Below, piece by piece: positions 1 to 30,633 of a stretch of DNA of 64,000 nt. The number at the start of each line of letters is the position of its first letter. The stretch's first letter is position 1. The position numbers were made by a program, and so were the translations under genes. Under the pieces are notes generated by a model, which was not told the DNA's origin, made no database searches, and worked only from the letters and a program-made list of their open reading frames with translations. The stretch is from NCBI RefSeq assembly GCF_009914755.1, contig NC_060933.1, one strand, 5' to 3'. The DNA is from the human T2T-CHM13v2.0 reference genome, Homo sapiens.

Positions 1-1137
1 TAGACAAATCTATTATTTCTAGTTGGTGCTAGTGCAGAAAGGATAAGTGGTGTGAAGCACTGCCACTCAATGTCAATGGAATTTACTGTTGGTGGTACAA
101 AAAAAGAAAATAAATATATCTCTAGTCTCTTGTTCCTTTAAATTTTGAAGGAGCTTCTACCAGGTTCAGAAAGGGAATCTTATTAGCATTTGGGGAAAAG
201 CCTTTTTACTGAAACTTCTTGAAGCTTTCAACTGTGGGCACACGTATGTTTGTAAAGATATCTAGCTAATGAATGACATTTTAAAAGAGAGAAGCTGTTC
301 TTTGACCATCTTCTCAAAGAATTATTAATTGGTATCAGAAAATTGGAGAGGGTGGACATGCAGGGATTTCTTGCTAAAGAGCATGATGTGTCTGAGGAGT
401 TATGACCCACAGTATCTGATCTGTTCCAGAGATCGTTTGGCGATTGTAAATGCTGGAGGCGGGGGAACTCTCCTCTACGTTTGTATAGATCTTGAGCTGT
501 GTAGAACTAATTGCTCCAACTGCACCAGGAGGTCAAGGGCAGAGCCGGTGGCTTACAGATGCTTGTGTCTCCTAGTTTCCAGCAGTAAATATTTATTAGA
601 TGAAAGCTTGACTGAGACTGCATATCAAAGAGAGGAGGAAGGGGCATCTCTTGGCAGATTTTATCCTCAAGGCAGGTTACCTTCTCCTGTATAATTGAAA
701 GGAGACCTGGCCTGGCTTGAAGGCTGTCTTACCCCTTCAAAAGGGATCAAATAGCAGTGGTGGCCCATGGGTGTCAGATAAAGGGCTTCATAGTTTAAGA
801 AAGACATGAGAAATTAAGAGACAGTTCAGAGGACAGCTGTCATGATAGAGTTTAGAAAAGAATGTGTAGGAAGACGGGTTAGGGATGGGGGATATTGGGA
901 TCATTCAAACCTGACAAGAGGAGCCTGAATAAAGTATGACAGGCAGTTGGTATTTGGATATTTGCACGGGTAATTATATAGAATATAGAGCAGTTGTTCT
1001 CAAGTTTTTTTGGATACCAAGGCACTCAGGAAAAGATCACATGTACATGGCCCACAGTGTAGTCAGGTGAGGTTGCTTAAGACTACGTTCTGCTCTAAGT
1101 CTTTGACACACCTAAGTCTCACTCTGCCACCAAACAC

Positions 1138-1750
1138 TGATGGGATCAGTAGTATCATCCAAAAGACTACCAAGATGGTTAAATAGTAGAAAGGAGAGCC
1201 TCATTGCTCTTATCAATTTGCAATCCAGGAGGGGAAAGCATCCACTGTGGAATGAAGGTGCTGTCTGTTGGAATAGGGGAAGGACAGGTTGGGTTTTATA
1301 TTCATATTCACACATATTCAACAAGTTTGGGGGGAAAGCTATATATATTTATGCGGGAGCCGAGCACACCATAATGAGTAAACATATGTAACATACATCC
1401 CATGTTGACTTTGGAGTGGGGGTTTAGCACTAAAATGAGGTAGAATTTGGCCCTTTACATCATAAGGTGAACTACAGGATGCAAATGTGGTTCGTGTGCA
1501 GCCTCTATAAGCTGGTAGAAACTGGCAGTCTAATATTAGTAGCTTATCAGAAAAAGACGTTTGTAAGGCCGGTCCTCTGTCCAATCAGAGCTGATAGCTC
1601 GTTTGGTTAGAGGCAGTCTATTTATACAAAGTTAGAAATTTGCCATGCCATCCAGGCCCTGAACCCTTGACCCATCGGTAACTTTGTTTCCTTAACCTAA
1701 GGATCTGTCTTGGTTGATAAAGGGGCATCTATTTTGGTCTCTTAGATCAC
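1138..1750 (-). mobile_element. ERV1 (MER4-group) solo LTR; paralogous copies at ~21583-22188 and ~36671-37276
   Basis: TG...CA ends (tgatggga...gatcaca) and resemblance to recalled MER4-group LTRs; subfamily not resolved. Confidence 0.55.
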
Positions 1751-1962
1751 AATAGCTTAGGGCACTGTAACCTATCCCTGCTTTAAGGGAGTTGCATACT
1801 TGTTACCAAATTGATGTGGAGGGCTGGGCCTGGTTGTGTTTGAGGTAGAGTTAGAAAATGTGGGGTAAAAATGACAAGAGATTGAAATAAAAGGAGGAAC
1901 TAATTGATTCTGGATTTGAAAATACTGATAGATTTGTCACAGGATGGGTGTGTGGGTGTGTT

Positions 1963-2379
1963 TGTAAAGAAAAGAACTTTTATCTGAGGACTGTGAGTCC
2001 TCTTAAGTTATCAGGCCTAGAGAGACATTAAAATGAGGCAGGAATCATGGCCCTACTTCCTCCTTGAGCTATGTATTCATCTCTTGAAACTGCTTGGTAT
2101 TGCCACATGTAGCTAGACATTAATCAAATAATGCCACACCTGACAATATAACCCACCCCCTATAGCTTAACAACGTATAGCCAATCACTAACCAATGTCA
2201 TTTCTGTAAACCAATGAGAATTCGTGATAACAACTTTGTATCAGCCCACTCCTTGTCCCCTTTTATGACTTTAAAAACCCACTTGTAACTGCTGCTAATT
2301 GGAGTGTATATTTAGGTCGACTTGCATCTGTGTTCCCAGGTTGTAATCCTCAAGCTTGACCCAAATGAACACTCTACTT
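1963..2379 (+). mobile_element. ERV1 LTR (LTR54/MER101-like), interrupted by the MER57 element; other copies at ~7507-7940, ~22404-22858, ~37492-37946
   Basis: Begins tgtaaagaaaagaacttttatctgagg; repeated CCAAT boxes and a tttaaaa box typical of ERV1 U3. Confidence 0.55.
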
Positions 2380-7287
<4,908 letters not shown>

Positions 7288-8113
7288 ATCACAATAGCTA
7301 AGGACACTGTAACTTGTATCTGGTTGAAGGGAGTCATAGACTTGTTATGAAACTGATGAGGAGGGCTGGGACTGTGTGTATTTGAGGTACAGTTAGAAAA
7401 TGTGGGTCCAAATGACAAATAAGAGATTGAAATAAAAGAGGAACTAATTGATTTTGGATTTGAAAATACTGATTGATTTGTCACACTATAGGTACGTGGG
7501 TGTGTCTATAAAGAAAGGAATTTTATCTGAGGAATGTGAGTCCTTTTAAGTTATCAGGCCTAGATAGACATTAAAATGAGACAGCAATCATGGCCCTACT
7601 TCCTCCTTGAGCTATGTATTCATCTCTTGAAACTGCTTGGTATTGCCACGTGTAGCTAGACATTAACCAAATAATGCCACATTTGACAATATAACCCACA
7701 CTCTATAGCTTAACAAAGTATAGCCAATCACTAATCAATGTCGCTTCTGTAAACCAATGAGAATTCCTGATAACAACTTTGTATCAGCCCACTCCTTGTC
7801 CGCTTTTTCAACTTTAAAAACCCATTTGTAACTGGTGCTAATTACAGCGTATATTTAGGGTGACTTGCATCTGTGTTCCCAGGTTGCGATCCTCAAGCTT
7901 CACCCAAATGAATTCTCTATTTATATTGATTTTGCCTGAATTCTTCTTTTTGGGTCGATGCGTATGTGTGTTTGTGTATAGAGCATGTTCCAAAGGTCTT
8001 TGAACAGTTTAAACTTCACTAACTTCAGAAAAATAAGTGTTATAAATTCACCCCCAAGAACCTTGAAGTTTTAATTATATATGTTTATTTTATACTCGTT
8101 TTAGTTTTGAAGA

Positions 8114-8557
8114 TGTTAAATAATGAATTATTAGTTAAACCATGCCCCAGAGAGTTAAAAAGCCAATGACTAACAAAAATTATCAGTTTACAGGATAGCA
8201 GATTAAACAACAAGTTGCTAAAACACCAAAAATGTCTCTGCTTGTAAGATTAAAAAACCGGCTAAAATGGATTAAAACTAATAAGGCCAACTGGAGTTGG
8301 CCAGAACAGGCTTGCTGAAGTCATAGGCCAAATTTCTACCATGTTTCAAACTAACTCCCCCAAAATGTGCACATGCGATCCATGAAGTAGCGTTAAACAA
8401 AACTGTGCATGCCTGAGGATGTCCCAGACCTCCTCTTTCCTTCCACAGATCACCTACTAATCCCAGAGGCCACCTCCTAAACCTTTTCTAATAAAAAGAT
8501 TGCATGAAAGCCAGCACACGGGACAGATCTGAGCTGGACTCCTGTCTCCTTGTTGGT
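8114..8557 (+). mobile_element. ERV1 LTR (MER34/MER39-like) upstream of exon 1; longer copies at ~23014-23510 and ~38102-38598
   Basis: Begins tgttaaa; resembles recalled MER34/39 LTRs; contains AATAAA. Confidence 0.5.
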
Positions 8558-9020
8558 GTAATGTTCAACATTCACAAAATGAAGTAAGTATAAAGGAAAT
8601 TAAAGTTTCATATCTGGGTTAATGTAAGGCAAAAACATTCTGTAGATAAGACGGATTTGAGGACATATGTGATCCTGAGAGTAGCAAAGCCTGGGTACAG
8701 CAAATATTCCAGGCAGTATTTCAGGCTTTCAAGGCAGTGTAGTTGGTGGGGTCCAAGTTAAGGGCTCCAAACAGTAAAGGGGGACTCGGATAATACCTGG
8801 TTTACTGTTGGAACAAACCGAAAATTCGACTAAGGTAAATATATGACATGAAGAAAGGATGGAGTTGGGAAACAGAGTGTCAGGGTAGGACAGAGGGACC
8901 TAGAGGGCCCAGGAGGGGTGGAGACAGCTGGACGGGTAAAAGGCAGGGCTGTGGACACACCCTTCTCTTCTTGCTACCCCCACCCTCAGAAACCGTCTAT
9001 GACTCTTCCATGCTCTGTGA

Positions 9021-15504
<6,484 letters not shown>

Positions 15505-15536
15505 TTCACTACTTGTTGAGAATCTTGATTCTCCCT

Positions 15537-15542
15537 AATAAA
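15537..15542 (+). terminator. AATAAA polyadenylation signal, copy 1
   Basis: AATAAA ~33 nt after the ancestral stop, followed by a GT/T-rich tract; conserved in three copies. Confidence 0.65.
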
Positions 15543-17139
15543 TGTTCTAATAAGATTGGTGTCTTTTCTGTGTACTGTGTTGGGAGGTATAGGTTTTGGG
15601 TAACCCAAGCTTGTGCTTAGGGAAAGGTAGGAGTTAGCTCAGCTCTTACTGACTCCCTCTTTTGACTTTTAAAAGGTGACCAATCCCCTGGAACTAGTGT
15701 GAAGGAATGAGTATCATGTGCCTCCAAAAGCCCCTTTTCTCCCTGATCAAGTCTGAGGAGATGGGCTCTTTTCTACCTCTTTGCTTTAGACTTACTGATA
15801 CCGTATGGCAGCCTGCACCTTCCTCCCCATTCACTGCTTCATATCCTTTAGAGCAGTAAGGAAGGCAGCCCTTCCATATCTGAAGAGAGAGTGAAGGACA
15901 GATACATTTTTCAGAAATAGTGGTTTAATCACTATTTAAAAAAAGTTGTCACTGACCACAGGATCATATAAGTTGGTGGGAGTGTTTAGGGTATTGCTGG
16001 TTGGGGTAGGGTGTCAGGAACACTGTGGATGCTGCTTAAGAATTTGACAAGCAGGGCATGCTCATGATTTAGGGAGGCATATTTTGACCTCAACGTTGAG
16101 GTCTTTCTACTAATAAGTCACTTGGGAAAGTAGTTCCCCTCCCTGTGTATTTCTCTATGCTACCTGGATTGATGACATTTTTACAGAGCAAAAAGATCAC
16201 CTGGCTGTCTGTGGCAGGACTGCTGACCAGACAACCACCTACCTCCTAGGGTAAAATATAGCTTACAGTAAGGAAAATATGTCTTTGAATGAGAAAGTAA
16301 GAAAAAAGTGAAGCTAGGAAAGGATGACCATGCTAGTCGAAAAAGGTTTATGCCCCATCATGCCCATATCATGACCCTTTCTCAATCTGGATCTAGGTAC
16401 CACCACCTTGAGGATTACCAGGGCACTGAAGAGCTGACAGATGCCATTTTGGCAGAAGTGTACATGGGGCTGTTCTTTAAGGAGTAAAACAGTATCTGCA
16501 GGGCTGTTGTCAACATGGCATCCCTCTCTTTAGGGAAGGTGATCTTTGTGCCTTCTTTCTAGCCATGTTGATGGCAACATGCAAGATCTTCCCTTAATGT
16601 ATACGGTGCACCTCAGGATGGATGTGTCACCTCTGATCTTCATGGGGTTAGTGGAATATAATAAATATTGTGTAGAACACCTGAAGCTCATGATCCAGAG
16701 GTGAGTCCTTGACTATGCATGAGTATTACAGACATTTGGAGGCTAGCTATGAATCTTTACAGAATGCTCCTTATGACTAAGAGTGTGCACATATGCACCC
16801 TTAAAATATTAGAGGTCTGAAGAGAAGGGAACTCCACTTATACAGACTGGGACTAATAAATGAGGTGAGTTTTCTAGAGGGCACTTGAGGTAGGTTTTCC
16901 AGAAAAATTTGTGAATGCTTGGTGTCAAAACAAAAGCAAAACAAAACAAATCAAAACAGATGTCCACTACAGCTCCCTCACTCAACCATCCTTCTCTTTT
17001 CCTGTCCATGCGTATGCCACTGACCCTGCAGTGTCTGAAGTTTGGGATTGCAGAAATAATTCAGATTTCAGGAAGGCTTTAAGAGAACAAAATTGGGATG
17101 AAGTCCAGGGCAAAGAACTTGTGGAGGTGGAGAATCAGC

Positions 17140-17993
17140 GACCCATGGATGCCTGGGGATTCTCCATGTTCTTCCCTGTAAGCCTGTCCCCTAAGTCTTG
17201 TAAGGCAGCCAGCCATGCTAATTGTTTTAAAATGACTGAAGGGGGCCCAGTATTTGGTTTGATTTGGTTCTAAAATGAAGGCCGAGAGCCTTGAAATGAA
17301 GGGACAGAGTTGGAGTCCGCTCCTCTATTCACCATGTCAATAAAGGTTGTACCTTGGTATCAGACATGAGCCCCCAGTTTGAAGGGGCTACATTATCTGG
17401 GGTATATGCCCTGGCGTTCATCATCTTGTGCCAGGAAAATTTAGAACACAGACACACACGAGGAGTTTAGGAGCAGATGTTTAATAGGCAGAAGATAAGA
17501 GAAAGAGAAACAGCTCTCTCTACAGACCAAGAAAAGTCTCCAAGTGGAAAAGACTGGCTGGCAGCGAATGCACCAGATTTTATAGTCAGGTTTGAGGAGG
17601 CAGTGTCTGATTTCCATAGGGCTCACAGATTGGTTCAATCAGGTATGATGTTTACATAGTGTACAGGCAAGGCTGGTTGCCCCAACGTAATCTTATTGCA
17701 CAAATGGGCTTTCCAGTTGATCGGTGCCATCTTGTCTGCTCCTTACTGTACATGTGGCTGACAGAGAAAAGAAGATGGAGCCACCATCTTGAACATGTCT
17801 AGTCCCCTAATTCCTGCTGGCATTCACTTGTGCAAGCTCCCAGCTTGCTTATCTATGTCTGCAGCTCGAATTTACAGGCTGCTCTTTGTTAGAAAATGAT
17901 TTGGGGCTGATTCTCATTAAAAAGAAAAGATTTACTGAGGACTCCCATACCCTTATTATCTGCCTAGGTAATTTCTTCTTAACTACTGTATCA
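17140..17993 (-). mobile_element. MER61/HUERS-P-like 5' LTR (17380-17993) with tRNA-Pro-type PBS and short internal stub; duplicate at ~32231-33084
   Basis: TG...CA ends. The adjacent minus-strand tgggggctcatgtctgat resembles the Pro PBS TGGGGGCTCGTCCGGGAT. Confidence 0.65.
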
Positions 17994-19045
17994 GCAGCAT
18001 TATAGCCCCAAAGTGAAAACAACCCAAATGTTCACCAACTAAATCAATAGATAAACAAAATGTGATATATCCATACAATGGGATGTCACTTGTCCATAAA
18101 AAGAAATGAAGTATCTATACATGCTGCAACATGAACGGACCTTGAAAACATCATGGTAAGAAGCCAGACACAAAAATCCACATATTGTATGATTCCATTT
18201 AGATGAAATGTCTAGAAATGAAAAATAGATAGAGACAGAAAGTAGATTACTGGTAACATAGGGAGGAAGGCAAATATTGAGGGGTGAAGGCTAAGTGAAG
18301 CAGAGTTTCTTTTTGGGGTGATGAAAATGTTCTAAAATTGATTGTGGTGATACATGCATAACTGTGAATATGCTAAAAACTGTTGAATGGTATACTTTTG
18401 GCGAGTGAATTGTATAGTATACAAATTATGTTTCAATAAATAATTTTTAAAAAGAAAGTTTATATAGTAGCTTTATTCATAATTGGCAAAATTAGAAGCA
18501 ACAGAAATGTCTTTCAGTAGGTAAGTAAATTTTTTTGTATATCCTAAAATGGAATATTATATGCCATTGAAAAGAAATAAACTGGCAAAACATAAAAAAG
18601 GAGGAAAACTATTAAGTGAAAGAATACAATCTGAAAAGGGTGTATGATTCCAACTATATGACATTTGAAAATGGGCAAAACTATGAAGGCAGTAAAAAGG
18701 GCAATGGTTGTCAGGGGCTAGTGGGGAGGGGGGGATGAAGAAACAGCACAGAGGATTTTTAGGGCAGTGAACTATTCTACATGATAGTACAATAGTGGAT
18801 ATGGGTCATTATACGTTTGTCAAAACCCACAGAATGTACAACATCAAGAGTGAACGTTAATGTAAACTACGGACTTTGGATAATAGTGATGTGTAACAAA
18901 TGTACCACTCTAGTATGGGATGTTGACAACTGGGGAAGCTGTGCCTGTGTGGGGATAGTTGGTATATAGGAATTTTCCCACTTACTTTTGCTGTCAACAT
19001 AAAATATCTGTAAAAAATAAAAGTCAGTTAAAAAAAAGAAGAGGA
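17994..19045 (+). mobile_element. Old L1M 3'-end fragments (two pieces); duplicate at ~33085-34132
   Basis: L1 3' motifs (aaatgtgatatatccatacaatgg, tgtatgattccatt), ending in A-rich tails. Confidence 0.75.
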
Positions 19046-19377
19046 GGTTGTTAATATCTCACAAGGCCCAACATCAGAGAGTTGGCATCAACTCTCTGAA
19101 GTATTCCCTGAACCCTGTTTTCCCTTCCTCCTGGCAGAAGAATTCTACTTCTTTATCTATCTTCCCATTGTGTATTATTTTTGCTTGTTTTACAGCTTTT
19201 TGTAGCATATTTAATTACACTTGTTTGCAGGTCTCACTTTCTGTACTATGACCTGTCCAAGGGCAGAGGCAATGTCTTATTTTACTGATATTTTTACAGT
19301 AGTAGGAATACTACATAGTAAAGTTCAATAAATATTTGTTGTGTGAATGTATGAAGAACATCTTACGACTACTGTTT

Positions 19378-19653
19378 TATTATTTTTATTTTTCTGGGAC
19401 AGAGTTTCACTCTGTTGCCCAGGCTGTAGTACAGTGGTGTAATCTCGTCTCACTATAACTTACCCTTCTGGGTTCAATCTAATCTCCTGCCTCGGCCTCC
19501 CAAGTAACTGGGATTACAGGTGTCTCCCACCATGCCTGGTTAAATTTTTGTATCTTTAGTAGAGACTGGATTTCACCATGTTGGCCAAGCTTGTCTTGAA
19601 CTCCTGACCTCAGGTGTTCCGCCTGCCTTGGTCTCCCCAGGAGCTGGGATAAA
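19378..19653 (-). mobile_element. Old 5'-truncated Alu (S-type); duplicate at ~34465-34740
   Basis: Alu sequence with TSD actactgttt at 19368-19377 and 19654-19663. Confidence 0.88.
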
Positions 19654-20808
19654 ACTACTGTTTAAAAATACAATTATAAAGGATTTTGGCTCAGAACCTG
19701 TTCTGCTTCAGGCTTTTGGGGAACCTGAAAACAGCTGCCTCCAAGTGACTTATTCCAGGGACAGTGGTCAGGATGTGAGGGCGTGAGCATTGAGGAAACG
19801 TCCTAGGAAATTGGGAACATATGAAAGTCCTAAACTAATAGTTTATCTATACTGAGCATCCTCAAGTGGTAACATATTACTCTAAGAGCTTTTGGAAAAG
19901 ATTCCTCCTTGGAGATAATAAAACCAAGTGCAGTGTGAAATCCAAGACCAGACTTCTGGGTGGTGGTTTAGGTAAATTGAGAAGATGTCATGGGGCCAAT
20001 GGTGAGACAGTCCATCCTACCAGAAGCCACCTCTGCCACCTCCCAAAGGCTGCCTAAAATGCTTTGGTAAGAGCTTATTACAAGGCATGGGGATAGATAT
20101 ACGTAGAATGTGTGAAATGTTTTCCTGGGAGGGATGACATTTTAAACTTTTATTTTCTACATTACTGGGAGTCATATGTAGATTTTAAGAGGGGGCTAGG
20201 AAAAAAAACTATGAAGACTTTGATGCTAAGAGTGGAAAGGAAAAGTTATCTAAGAGGTGATAGAGTACCAAAAATAGCTTTTCCCTTACTTCCCAAATTT
20301 GTCAGCATTTAACAGACAAAGTGAATATTCTTAAGCATCTAACTATTTTAACATTAGGGCATACTTTTTACTTTAAGAAATTACATATTAATATGTGTAA
20401 AGTAGAAGCATTATGAATGTAGAGAATTTATTCATTAGGGCTTTGATATTTACTACTGTCTGATTTAGAGAAGTCACTTACCCTCTCTGGGCTTCGGTTT
20501 CATTCATTGATAAAATAGGCACATGAGGTCAAGGGCAGAGCCTGTGGCTTACAGATGCCTGTGTCTCCTAGTTTCCAGCAGCAAATATTTATGAGATGAA
20601 AACTTGGCTGAGGCTACATATAAAAGAGAGGAGGAAGGGGCATCTCTTGGCAGATTTTATTCTCAAGGCAGGTTACCTGCTCTTGCATAAATGAAAGGAG
20701 ACCTGGCCTGGCTTGAAGGCTGTCTTATCCTTTCAAAGGAGATCAGTAACAGTGGTGGCCCATGGGTAACTGTGGTGGCCCATGGGTGTCTAATAAGGAG
20801 CTTTATAG

Positions 20809-21233
20809 TATTAAAAGAAACTTCAGAGAAATTAAATTTAAAGTAGTTTAACTGAGCAATGAAAGATTTGCGAATCGTCCAGCCCCCAGAATCACAGCAG
20901 ATTCACAGAGACTCCAGGGGTGCTTTGTGGTTAGAACAAATTTATAGACAAAAAGGCAAAGTGACGTACATGAATCAGAGGTGAGAGGTACAGAAAGAGT
21001 GAGATTGATTACAACTCGGCGTTTGCCTTTTTGAATGCAGTTTGAACATTAAGCAGTCTATGAGTGGTTGAATTATGGCTGCCGGGATTGGCCAACACTC
21101 AGCTATTGTTACAGGTGCATACTATTGAGTTAGATTTTCAATTTGTGTAACTATTAGGCTAGGTTACAATTCATCTGCAAGCACTCAAATATAGAAGCAT
21201 GGAGTCCTCAAGCCATATTTGTTTGCTTTAACA
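20809..21233 (-). mobile_element. MER57A-type solo LTR
   Basis: Homologous to LTR 2380-2810. 4-bp TSD atag (20805-20808, 21234-21237). Empty site at 790-793 in the copy-1 unit. Confidence 0.85.
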
Positions 21234-24128
21234 ATAGTTTAAGAAAGACATGAGAAGTTAAGAGCCAGTTCAGATGACAGCTGTCATGATAAAGAGTTTA
21301 GAAAAGAATGTGTAGGAAGATGGGTTAGGGGTGGAGGATATTGGGATCATTTAAACCTGACAGGAGTCACCTGAATAAAGTATGACAGGTAGTTGGTATT
21401 TGGACATTTGCAGAAGTGATTATATAGAATATAAAGCAGATGTTCTCAAGTTTTTTGGATGCCAAGGCACTCAGGAAAAGATCACATTTACATGGCCCAC
21501 AGTGTAGTCAGGTGAGGTTGCTTAAGACTACGTTCTGCTCTAAGGCTTTGACACACCTAAGTCTCACTCTGCTACCAAACACTGATGGGATCAGTAGTAT
21601 CATCCAAAAGAGCACCAAGATGACTAAATAGTAGAAAGGAGAGCCTTATTGCTTAATCAGTTTGCAAGCCAGGAAGGGAAAGCATCCAGTGTGGAATAAA
21701 GCTGCTGTCTGTTGGAATAGGGGAAGGACAGGTTGGGTTTTATATTCATATTCATACATATTCAATAAGTTTGGGGGAAAAGCTATATATATTTATGCAG
21801 GAGCCAAGCACACCATAATGAGTAAACATATGTAACATACATCCCATGTTCACCTTGGTTTTAGCACTAAAATGAGGTAGAATTTGGCCCTTTACATGAT
21901 AAGGTGAACTGTAGGACAGAGGCGGTTTGTGTGCCGCCTCTATAATCTGGCAGAAACTGGAAATCTCTAATATTAGTAGCTTATCAGAAAAGAATGTTTG
22001 TAAGGCCGGTCCTCTGTCCAATCAGAGCCGATAGCTCATTTGGTGAGAGGGAGTTTAGTTATAGAAAGTTAGAAATTTGCCATGCCATCCAGGCCCTGAA
22101 CCCTTGACCCATCGGTAACTTTGTTTCCTTAACCTAAGGGTCTGTCTTAGTTGATAAAGGGGCATCTATTTTGGTCTTTTAGATCACAATAGCTTAGCGC
22201 ACTGTAACCTATCCCTGCTTTAAGGGAGTTGCATACTTGCCACCAAAGTGATGTGGAGGGTTGGGCCTGGTTGTGTTTGCGGTAGAGTTAGAAAATGTGG
22301 GGTCAAAATGACAAATAAGAAATTAAAATAAAAGGAGGAACTAATTGATTCTGGATTTGAAAACACTCATTGATTTGTCACAGGATGGGTGTGTGGATGT
22401 GTTTGTAAAGAAAAGAACTTTTATCTGAGGCATGTGAGTCCTTTTAAGTTATCAGGCCTAGAGAGACATTAAAATGAGACAGAAATCACAGCCTTATTTC
22501 CTCCTTGAGCTACACATTCATCTCTTGAAACTGCTTGCTATTGCCATATGGAGCTATATAGTAACCCAATAATGCCACACCTGACAGGATAACCCACCCC
22601 CTATAGCTTAATAATGTATAGCCAATCACTAAGCAATGTCACTCCTGTAAACCAATGAGAATTCCTGATTACAACTTTGTATCAGCCGACTCCTTGTCCC
22701 CTTTTTCCACTTTAAAAACCCACTCATAACTACTGGTAATTGGAGTGTATATTTAGGCTGACTTGCATCTGTGTTCCCAGGTTGCAATCCTCAAGCTTGA
22801 CCCAAATTAACTCTCTACTTATAATAATTTTCCATCAACTTCTCCCTTTTAGGTCGATGCGTATGTGTGTTTGTGTACAGAGTATGTTCCAAAAGTGCTT
22901 GAACAGTTTAAACTTCACTAACTTGAGAAAAATAAGTTCTATAAATTTACCCCTAAGGTCCCTGGAAGTTTCAATTATATACATTTATTGTACACTTATT
23001 TTCATTTTGTAGATGTTAAATAATGCATTATTAGTGAAACCATGCCCCAGAGAGTTGAAGAAAACAATGACTAATGAAATTAATCAGTTTACAAGAAAGG
23101 AGATCAAACAAAAACAACAACAGTAACTTGCTAAAATGCCGAAACTCTCCCTGCTTCTGAGATTTAAAAACTGGCTAAAATGGATTAAAACTATTAAGGC
23201 CAACTGGAGTTTGCACAGAACAAGCTGGCTGGCGTCACAGCCCAAATTTCTGCCACATTTTAACCAACTCCCCACAAATGTGCCCATGGAATACATGAGG
23301 CAGCGTTAAAGAAAACTGTGCATGCCGAGGATTTTCAGACCTCCCCTTTCCTTCCAGCAATCAACTATTAATTCCAGAGGCCACTCCCTAAATGTTTTCT
23401 AATAAAATGACTGCATGAAAGCCAGCACACAGGACTGATTTGAGCTGGACTCCTGTCTCCTTTTTGGTTAATTTCCAATAAAAACATCTTTTCTCAAAAA
23501 AATCAAATTGGGCAGGGAGCTTCTTTTCCTTGATAACGTTAGTTTTAATCATTTGAGTCAGTCCCTCTGATTGGAAATAGTAAAAACTGACTTCAAACAA
23601 AGAATGTAATGTTCACCATTCACGAAACGAAGTAAGAATAAAGGAAGTTTAAGTTTTATATCTGCATTTATGTAAGGCAAAAACATACTGTAGATAAGAC
23701 GGATTTGAGGACATATGTGATCCTGAGAGTAGAAAAGCCTGGGTACAACAAATATTCCAGGCAGTATTTCAGGCTTTCAAGGCAGTGTAGTTGGTGGGGT
23801 CCAAGTTAAGGGCTCCAAACAGCGAAGTGGGACTTGGGTAATGCCTGGTTTACTGTTGGAACAAACGGAAAATTCAACTAAGATAAATATATGACTTGAA
23901 AAAGGATGGAGTTGGGAAATGGAGTGTTAGGGTAGGACAGAGCGACCTAGAGGGCCCAGGAAGGTGGAGTCAGCTGGGCTGGTGGGGTTGGGGCTGTGGA
24001 CACACCCTCCTCTTGTTGATCCCTCCACCCTCAGAAACCCTCTGTGACTCTTCCACGCTCTGTGATGCAGGCCTGTGCTTACAGTTAAGCCTGGGCACCC
24101 TCAGTGCTCAGTTGCTTCAGGCAGCTGA

Positions 24129-30595
<6,467 letters not shown>

Positions 30596-30627
30596 TTCAC
30601 TACTTGTTGAGAATCTTGATTCTCCCT

Positions 30628-30633
30628 AATAAA
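30628..30633 (+). terminator. AATAAA polyadenylation signal, copy 2
   Basis: Same position as in copy 1, with downstream GT-rich tract. Confidence 0.65.

Noticed and set aside
329-694. 121-aa ORF
   Set aside because: TTG start, no recognisable homology, and it straddles the duplication boundary.
16911-17273. 120-aa ORF present twice
   Set aside because: GTG start, spans a simple repeat and an ERV junction; identity is due to the recent duplication and it is not preserved after copy 3.
20752-20787. 20-bp tandem duplication (gtggtggcccatgggt twice)
   Set aside because: Simple slippage duplication in intergenic DNA; two units only, not an array.
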